From assembly GCA_963790175.1 (NCBI GenBank), contig CAWBNM010000003.1, positions 725,065 through 789,064 on the forward strand: a DNA stretch of 64,000 nt. The letters are read 5' to 3'. Of the stretch, positions 57,945-64,000 are shown piece after piece. The notes below the pieces were generated by a model. It saw only the letters and a program-made list of their open reading frames with translations. It did no database searches and was not told the DNA's origin. Source of the DNA: an uncultured Actinomycetota bacterium. Lineage in GTDB: Bacteria > Actinomycetota > Actinomycetes > Propionibacteriales > Nocardioidaceae. The first letter of the stretch is position 1. Every line of letters starts with the position of its first letter. The position numbers and the translations under genes are program-made.

Positions 57945-57988
57945 ACGTCGTACGACCCGTGGAGACGTCTCCACGGGTCGTACGACGT
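57945..57988. terminator. Perfect 44 bp palindrome, likely bidirectional terminator
   Basis: ACGTCGTACGACCCGTGGAGAC|GTCTCCACGGGTCGTACGACGT between convergent genes. Confidence 0.75.
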
Positions 57989-57998
57989 CCCGGGTCGC

Positions 57999-58784
57999 TC
58001 AGCCCAGGTAGCGCACGTCCACCGGGCTCTCGGCGACGTCGGCGAGATCCGCCGCGTCGTCGACGTCGAGCGCACCGCCGCTCAGGTGCACGCGGAACGC
58101 CTGCCCGTCCGGCCGCTCGCTGACCGCCTCGACCAGCTGGCCGTCGCGGAACAGCAGCGGCGACCCCGTCCTCGACGGCGTACCCGGCCGGGAGGGTGCG
58201 GGAGCCGACCAGGTCGAGGTAGGTCGGGCGCCGCTCCGCCTCGCCGTCGTAGTGCGGGCAGGCGCTGCCCGGCAGGAAGCCCAGGCCGTCCTCCAGCGGG
58301 CGCAACGGACCGTGGGAGTCGGTGACCGAGGACTCGAACCAGCAGTTCATGCCGGCACTGACGCCGGAGAGCACCACCCCGTCCTCCAGTGCGGCGCGCA
58401 GTGCGGTGTCCAGGCCGTGGGCGCGCCAGAGCAGCAGCAGGTTCAGCGTGCTGCCGCCGCCGACGAAGACGGCGTCCTGGGCGAGCAGCACCTCCGCGAG
58501 GTCGGAGCCGTCGCGGTCGAACAGCGACACGTCGCTCGTCTCAGCGCGATCGCCGAAGGCAGCCTCGAACTTCTCGGTGTAGCCGTCGACGTCACCGCTC
58601 GCCGTCCCGATGAACGCGACCCGCGGGCGGTCGCCCCGACCGTGCGCCTCGGCGCGCGGTCGGGCGAGGTCGAGCAGCAGGTCGTCGAGGGCGGTCCGCT
58701 GCCGGCCGAGAAGCCGCCGCCGCCGAGGGCGAGGATGGTGCCGCGCGGACGCGCGGTCGCAGGTCCCGAGAGGTCCGAGGTCAT
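57999..58784 (-). pseudogene. Peptidase E (S51) family gene with several frameshifts (decay or assembly error)
   Basis: ILALGGGGFS, FIGTASGD, VFVGGGST, GVSAG, CPHYDGE spread over different frames. Confidence 0.8.
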
Positions 58785-58809
58785 GGGCGGGATCGTGCCA
58801 GGCCTCGAT

Positions 58810-60147
58810 CTACTGGCGTCGGCGTAGTGCCCAGCCGCCGCTGGGTCGTCGGGTCAGCTCGTAGATCGGGTCGTGGACGCGTCGGTGGTGGTACCCGCAG
58901 AGGGGGAGGGCGTCGCGGAGGTCGGTGCGTCCGCCTTGGGACCAGGGTGTGAGGTGGTGGAGCTCGCACCAGGGCAGGGGGCGGGTGCAGCCGGTGATGG
59001 CGCAGGTGTCGTGGTGGGCGGCGACGGCTCGTTGCTGGGCTCGGGTGAACAATCTGCGGGTGCGGCCGAGGTCGAGGGGCAGGCTCGTCCCGGCCAGGAC
59101 GACGGGGGTGTGGCCGGCGGTGCAGGACAGCCGGCGGATCGCGCGCACCGAGAGCGGGGTGCCCTCGTCCAGGGTGCCGGCGCCGACGCCGGTGATCATC
59201 TGGTCGAGGTCGATCTTGACGAGGAGCTCGACGCCGGAGGCGGCGAGGGCGTCGGTGGGGAGGTGCTCGAGGAGCTCGCAGAACGCCGAGCCGAGGCGTT
59301 CGCCGTGGGAGGGGCCGAGGTGGGCGGCGGACTCGTCGGTGGTGGCGTGGCCGTGGGTGTCGCGGGAGAGGCGGCGGGGTGCGGAGAGCCGTTCGAGGGC
59401 GTGCTGCAGGAGGCGGGCGTGGAGGGCGGGGACGACGAAGGCGCCGCGGGTGGTGCCGTCGCCGCGGTCGTGCAGGGAGAGGTAGGTCTCGCGTTCGGCG
59501 CGGTCCTCCTCGTCGGCGAGGTCGTCTCCTTCGGCGGTGTCGGACTCGGCCTTGGTGGGTAGCAGGCCGGCGTAGACGCGGCGGGCCTCGCCGCGCAGCT
59601 GGTGGGCGGGCATCGGGCGTCCGGTGCGGGTGCCGTGGCCGGTGGCGGTCAGGACGAGGGCTTCCTCGGCCGCGGCGACCTGCTCGGGCGGTCAGCTGCT
59701 GGGGGCGCGTTCGGCGGCGCGGACCAGGACCTTGGCCTGGGAGAGCCGGATCCGGCCGTCCTCGAGGGCGCGGCGGGTGTGGTGGTACTTGGTCTTGAGG
59801 AGCCGGGCGACCCAGGCCGCCGCGCAGGACCTCGGTGGGGTCGCCGGTCAGCCGTCCCCACCAGGCGGCGGGGTCGACGTCGGCTGAGTCCCCGGCCGGA
59901 CCGGCCGTGCCGCGATCGCGGGCCTCGGCGAGCACGGCCAGCGACAGCGCCTCGACCTGCGAGCGCAGCGCGGCGAGGTCCTGCGCAGCAGCGCTCAGGT
60001 CGGCGTTCGACGAGCCCGGTCCCGGTCACCGACGCCGCCCGCGAGACCTGCACCCGCGCCGTGGTCAACGACTCGGCCAGCACCACCCCCGGCCGCGGCC
60101 GCGACGGCGCGGAGGCCGTCGGTGGGCGGGAGGCAGGTGCTGGTCAT
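58810..60147 (-). pseudogene. DUF222/HNH endonuclease (13E12-like), frameshifted
   Basis: LDLGRTRRLFT..Q, CAITGC, CELHHLTPWSQGGRTD, LCGYHH; upstream part split across frames. Confidence 0.82.
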
Positions 60148-60219
60148 GGGAGGAGTCGACCAGCCGGCACCGACATCGGCCGCTGCTCGGCGCGGTGTCG
60201 CGGTAACGTCGGTCTACAA

Positions 60220-60235
60220 TCGAGTACCTGTTCGA
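60220..60235. promoter_or_regulatory. LexA (SOS) box upstream of the HNH gene
   Basis: Minus strand TCGAAC-AGGT-ACTCGA versus actinobacterial TCGAAC-N4-GTTCGA (2 mismatches), next to TAGACC. Confidence 0.6.
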
Positions 60236-60248
60236 CATGATCGTGTGG

Positions 60249-61001
60249 TCAGCAGTGGTGGGAGGGCCCGAGCGCTCGCACGAGCTCCTCCAACGCCCGG
60301 CGGGCGTCGCAGCCGCACCGCACGACGCCGCGGGTCGGCAGGTGGACGTCGTCCTGCCGGCGGCCTGCGGCGTCGTAGACGCGCAGCGTGAGTCCGCCGC
60401 GGTCGACGAGCAGCGGCCGGGCGTACGCGCCGTCCCCGAGATCGGGACGCACCCCACGGGCCAGCGCGTCGGCCAGGCCCTCGTGCCCGCGGGCGAGGTG
60501 ATCGGTCCAGGCGGCCTCCCACCCGGCCAGGGGGTCCAGCGGCGCGGCGGCGTACGCCGCGGGGTCGACCGGCACGAAGCCGCCGGCGCCGGCCGGCCCG
60601 ACGCGCCAGTCCAGCGCCACGCGGACCGGCCGCAGCCGCAGCACGGGCCGGTCCCCGCGACCATCCCCGCCGAGCAGCGCGGCGAGGTCGTCGGGGACCG
60701 GACCGGCGACCCGCTCCAGCGTGCCGGTCAGCCGCACCCGGCCCCGCAGGCGGTCCGGTTGCGCCACCGACGAGACGTCGGTGGCCGTGGCCACCAGGAC
60801 CGGGGACGGCAGCCGGCCGGCGAGCGCCAGCGGGCACCCCTCCGCCGCGACCGGGGCGCGGAGCAGGAGCGCGCCACTCCCGTCCACCGCGTGCCGCTCG
60901 ACCGGCACCGTCATGCTCAGCACGCCGACCTCGACAGTGGTGGCGGCGGCGAGCACGCCGCGCGCCCGCTCGGCCGGGGTGGGGACGGGACCAGCACTCA
61001 T
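60249..61001 (-). CDS. DUF2470/HugZ-like split-barrel protein
   Basis: PTPAERAR, RGRVRLTG, YAAAPLDPLA..E..WTDHL..H, RPLLVDRGGLTLR. Confidence 0.7.
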   Translation of the reverse strand: MSAGPVPTPAERARGVLAAATTVEVGVLSMTVPVERHAVDGSGALLLRAPVAAEGCPLALAGRLPSPVLVATATDVSSVAQPDRLRGRVRLTGTLERVAGPVPDDLAALLGGDGRGDRPVLRLRPVRVALDWRVGPAGAGGFVPVDPAAYAAAPLDPLAGWEAAWTDHLARGHEGLADALARGVRPDLGDGAYARPLLVDRGGLTLRVYDAAGRRQDDVHLPTRGVVRCGCDARRALEELVRALGPSHHC

Positions 61002-61014
61002 CGCGACTCCAAGG

Positions 61015-61033
61015 TTAGGTAAGCCTTACCTTG
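61015..61033. promoter_or_regulatory. IdeR/DtxR iron box
   Basis: TTAGGTAAGCCTTACCTTG matches TWAGGTWAGSCTWACCTWA at 18/19; 13 nt from ATG 61001. Confidence 0.88.
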
Positions 61034-61067
61034 GTGCATCGGGACGCCGGCGTGCAAGCGGATCGGC

Positions 61068-61442
61068 TCAGGGCGCCCCGCGCGGCTCCTCGTCGTCCAG
61101 CCGGCCGGTCACCTCGTCGACGGTGAGCAGGTCGGTGCGCACGGCGCGCCGACCGCGGACCGCAGCGCGCCCGACCATGTGGCTGGCGATCGGCGCGGTG
61201 ACCAGCTGGAACAGGATGACCAGCGCGAGCATGCCGAGCACCCCCGGGTCGCGCAGCCGCAGCGCGACGCCGAGGACGACCAGCACCAGCCCCAGGACCT
61301 GCGGCTTGGCGGCCGAGTGCATCCGGGTCAGCACGTCGGGGAAGCGCAGCAGCCCCACCGCGGCCACCACGCTGAGCAGCGCGCCACCGAGCAGCAGCAG
61401 GCCCGCCGCGAGGTCGAGGACCCCCACCCAGCCGGGGCTCAC
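61068..61442 (-). CDS. mrpG: Na+/H+ antiporter subunit G
   Basis: GLLRFPDVLTRMHSAAKPQVLG, TAPIASHMVGRA. Confidence 0.9.
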   Translation of the reverse strand: MSPGWVGVLDLAAGLLLLGGALLSVVAAVGLLRFPDVLTRMHSAAKPQVLGLVLVVLGVALRLRDPGVLGMLALVILFQLVTAPIASHMVGRAAVRGRRAVRTDLLTVDEVTGRLDDEEPRGAP

Positions 61443-61819
61443 GCGTCCTCCTCCTGCTCCGCGGACCGGTCGTCGAGCCGCTCGTCGAGCCGGCGCTCGA
61501 GCCGACCCTCGAGGTCCTCGTCGAGGTCGTCCTCCCGCTCGGCGTCGGTGTGGTCGCTGTCGGGGTAGAACCGCGCGATCGAGACCGACCCGACGAACGC
61601 GAGCAACGTCAGCACCAGCAGCACCGGGACCGACTCGGCGTCGTCGGTGGCGGCGATGTGCAGCCCGATCGCGGCCAGCACGACCGCGGCCAGCACGTCG
61701 AAGGAGATCGCGCGGTCGAGCATGGTCGGGCCCAGCACCATCCGCACCAGCACGAGCACGGCGGCCACCGTGAGCAGCACCGCGGTCAGCCCGAGCAGGA
61801 CGCCCATCGCGCTGCTCAT
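61439..61819 (-). CDS. mrpF: Na+/H+ antiporter subunit F
   Basis: RMVLGPTMLDRAISFD, LAFVGSVSIARF. Confidence 0.9.
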   Translation of the reverse strand: MSSAMGVLLGLTAVLLTVAAVLVLVRMVLGPTMLDRAISFDVLAAVVLAAIGLHIAATDDAESVPVLLVLTLLAFVGSVSIARFYPDSDHTDAEREDDLDEDLEGRLERRLDERLDDRSAEQEEDA

Positions 61820-62364
61820 CGCGCCCCCTCGCCCCCACCGGCCGGCGAGCCGCCGACGCCGGCCGGCGCCTCGGCCGCGAACGCGCGCAGCACCCGCTGC
61901 TCCTGGTCCAGCGCGTGCGCGCGCGCCCGCTCGACGGCGGCCCCGTCGGGGGCGTCGAGCACGTGCAGGAAGATCGTGTGCGTCGCGCGCCGGGTCTCGA
62001 CCACGACGCTGCCGGGCACCAGCGAGACCAGCTCACTGACCACCGTCAGCACCAGGTCGGAGCGCGAGACCAGGTCGACCTGCACCAGCGCGCTGCGCGG
62101 CGGCGCGCGTCGCACGGTCACCAGCGTCACCCGGGCGCTCGCGACGACCACGTCGACCAGGAACCCACCGACCAGCACCAGCACGGCGACCGGGCGCACC
62201 ACCACGTCGGCACGCAGCCGCGGCAGCGGGAAGACCAGGCAGGCCGCGGCGCCGACGAGGGCGCCGGACAGGATCACCAGCAGGTCGACCTTCCCCCACA
62301 GCGCGGCCCACACGATCGTCAGCCACACCACCATCGGCCACTGCAGCAGCCGCGCCCGGCTCAC
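61816..62364 (-). CDS. mrpE: Na+/H+ antiporter subunit E
   Basis: VWAALWG, SLVPGSVVVE, FLHVLD. Confidence 0.9.
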   Translation of the reverse strand: MSRARLLQWPMVVWLTIVWAALWGKVDLLVILSGALVGAAACLVFPLPRLRADVVVRPVAVLVLVGGFLVDVVVASARVTLVTVRRAPPRSALVQVDLVSRSDLVLTVVSELVSLVPGSVVVETRRATHTIFLHVLDAPDGAAVERARAHALDQEQRVLRAFAAEAPAGVGGSPAGGGEGAR

Positions 62365-64000
62365 CGGTCGGCTCCGTCCGCCGCGTCGCCGGCGCCGGCG
62401 TCGTCGTAGCCGGGCAGCACCGCCCCGAGGTACGGCGTGCGCTCGGCGAGGTCGGTCGCCGCCCGGTCGGCATAGTCGTAGAACGGCCCGCCGACGACGG
62501 TCAGCGACAGGCTGACCGCGACCATCACCACGGCGGGTGCGGTCATCAGCGTCGGCAGCCGGCTCGGCAGCGAGCCGTCACGCAGCAGCAGGTGGAGGTC
62601 GCGGGACCCCTCCTCCTCCTCGCTGACCTCGCGCGCGGTCCGCAGGTCGTCGGGACCCAGGGTGGCGGGCCCCAGGTGCACGTGGTCGCGGTGGCGCACC
62701 CCCTCGGCCCCCTGCGCCGACCCGGCGAGCTCGGCCGTGACCTCGTGGGCCTCCTCCGGCGTCCGCCAGAACGCCAGCCCCCACGTCTTGGCCACGGCGT
62801 AGAGCGTCAGCAGGCTGGTGGCCACCCCGCCCCCGACCAGCACGAGCGCCAGCGGCGAGCCGTCGGCCAGCGCCGCCTGGAGCAGCCCGGTCTTGCCGAG
62901 GAAGCCCGACATCGGCGGGATGCCGGCCAGGTTCATCGCGGGCAGGAAGAACAGCACCCCGAGCAGCGGGGAGAGCCGAGCCAGCCCCCCGAGGCGCAGC
63001 AACGAGGTGCTGCCGGCGCGCAGCTCGACCAGCCCCACGACCAGGAAGAGCGCGGTCTGGATGGTGATGTGGTGCACCACGTAGAAGATGGCCCCGGAGA
63101 AGCCGGCCGTCGTGGCCAGCCCGATGCCGAGCACCAGGTAGCCGATGTGGCTGACCAGCGTGAAGGACAGCATCCGCTTGACGTCCGACTGCGCGATCGC
63201 CCCCAGCGCGCCGACGAGCATCGTGGCCAGTGCCGCAGGGAGCAGCAGGTCGGTCAACGGGCTGTCGGGGAACAGCAGCGTCTGCGTGCGCAGCAGCGCG
63301 TAGACGCCGACCTTGGTGAGCAGGCCGGCGAAGACCGCGGTGACCGGCGCCGGCGCGGTCGGGTAGCTGTCGGGCAGCCACAGCGAGAGCGGGAAGACCG
63401 CGGCCTTGATCGAGAAGGTCACCAGCAGCAGCAGCTGGAGCACCAGCGAGACCTCGTCGGGCAGCGCGTCGAGGCGCAGCGCGACCTGGGCCAGGTTGAG
63501 GGTGCCGGTGGCGGCGTACACCGCGAAGACGCAGACCAGGAACAGCATCGAGCTGACCAGGTTGACGACCACGTAGATCGTGCCCGCGCGCACCCGGGCG
63601 GGGGTCGCGCCCAGCGTCAGCAGCACGTAGCTGGCGAACAGCAGCATCTCGAAGCTGACGAACAGGTTGAACAGGTCGCCGGACAGGAACGCGTTGGAGA
63701 CGCCGGCGACCAGCACCAGGAACGTCGGGTGGTAGATCGACAGCGGTGCGACGCGCCCCTCGTCGGTGATGCCCTGGCCGATGGAGTAGACGAGCACCGC
63801 GAGCGTGACCACCGAGGAGACGAGCAGCATCAGCGCGCCGAGCCGGTCGGCGACCAGCGAGATGCCGAGCCCGGCCGGCCACCCGCCGAGGGTGAGCACC
63901 TGCGGGCCGTCCCGGTCGGTGACGACCAGCAGCACGGCGGCGATCACGACCACGCCGGCCAGCACGGTGGTGCTGACCAGGCGCTGCAGCGTGGGGCGCC
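62361..64000 (-). CDS. mrpD: Na+/H+ antiporter subunit D (5' end beyond window)
   Basis: GDLFNLFVSFE, IKAAVFPL..WLPDSYP, GLLTKVGVY, LAGIPPMSGF.GK. Confidence 0.93.
   Translation of the reverse strand, partial: RPTLQRLVSTTVLAGVVVIAAVLLVVTDRDGPQVLTLGGWPAGLGISLVADRLGALMLLVSSVVTLAVLVYSIGQGITDEGRVAPLSIYHPTFLVLVAGVSNAFLSGDLFNLFVSFEMLLFASYVLLTLGATPARVRAGTIYVVVNLVSSMLFLVCVFAVYAATGTLNLAQVALRLDALPDEVSLVLQLLLLVTFSIKAAVFPLSLWLPDSYPTAPAPVTAVFAGLLTKVGVYALLRTQTLLFPDSPLTDLLLPAALATMLVGALGAIAQSDVKRMLSFTLVSHIGYLVLGIGLATTAGFSGAIFYVVHHITIQTALFLVVGLVELRAGSTSLLRLGGLARLSPLLGVLFFLPAMNLAGIPPMSGFLGKTGLLQAALADGSPLALVLVGGGVATSLLTLYAVAKTWGLAFWRTPEEAHEVTAELAGSAQGAEGVRHRDHVHLGPATLGPDDLRTAREVSEEEEGSRDLHLLLRDGSLPSRLPTLMTAPAVVMVAVSLSLTVVGGPFYDYADRAATDLAERTPYLGAVLPGYDDAGAGDAADGADR

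Noticed and set aside
61460-61540. Repetitive EDDLDEDLEGRLERRLDERLDDR tail of MrpF
   Set aside because: Low-complexity C-terminal extension; no evidence of a separate function
127-63882. Many long overlapping or antisense ORFs (e.g. 726..2687, 10594..13974, 20158..23157, 31962..35210, 35367..39452)
   Set aside because: Arg/Gly/Pro-rich shadow frames of real genes; expected from stop-codon scarcity at very high GC

Overview
High-GC actinobacterial chromosome segment; gene content and style suggest Nocardioides or a relative (inference). Housekeeping-type content: a compact SigK regulon (cfa/ufaA1-like, oxidoreductase-DUF1365 fusion, rskA, sigK, fasciclin lipoprotein, molybdo-oxidoreductase, two SigK promoters), a HelD-like helicase, PhzE/TrpE(G), mprAB, malQ, a pdhABC/bkdABC-type dehydrogenase, a desA3 operon and mrpDEFG. 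The accessory region after pdhC (about 32.1-53.2 kb) holds the best signals. (1) Two giant SARP(BTAD)-nSTAND1-TM-WD40 proteins each sit next to a secreted-protein gene. Three heptamer arrays with 10-11 bp periodicity each end exactly 8 nt before a weak -10, suggesting a membrane-spanning NLR-like receptor/activator with a dedicated secreted output. (2) A tandem pair of four-gene sipW/tasA-like operons has conserved subunits and a divergent last gene, suggesting an actinobacterial TasA-type fibre system. (3) A diverged duplicate of the pdhC 3' end brackets a 7.7 kb integrase-free insert. Several single-base frameshifts look like assembly indels rather than real pseudogenes. No rRNA, tRNA, CRISPR or transposase was recognised. 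All calls come from reading motifs by eye; no searches were run.
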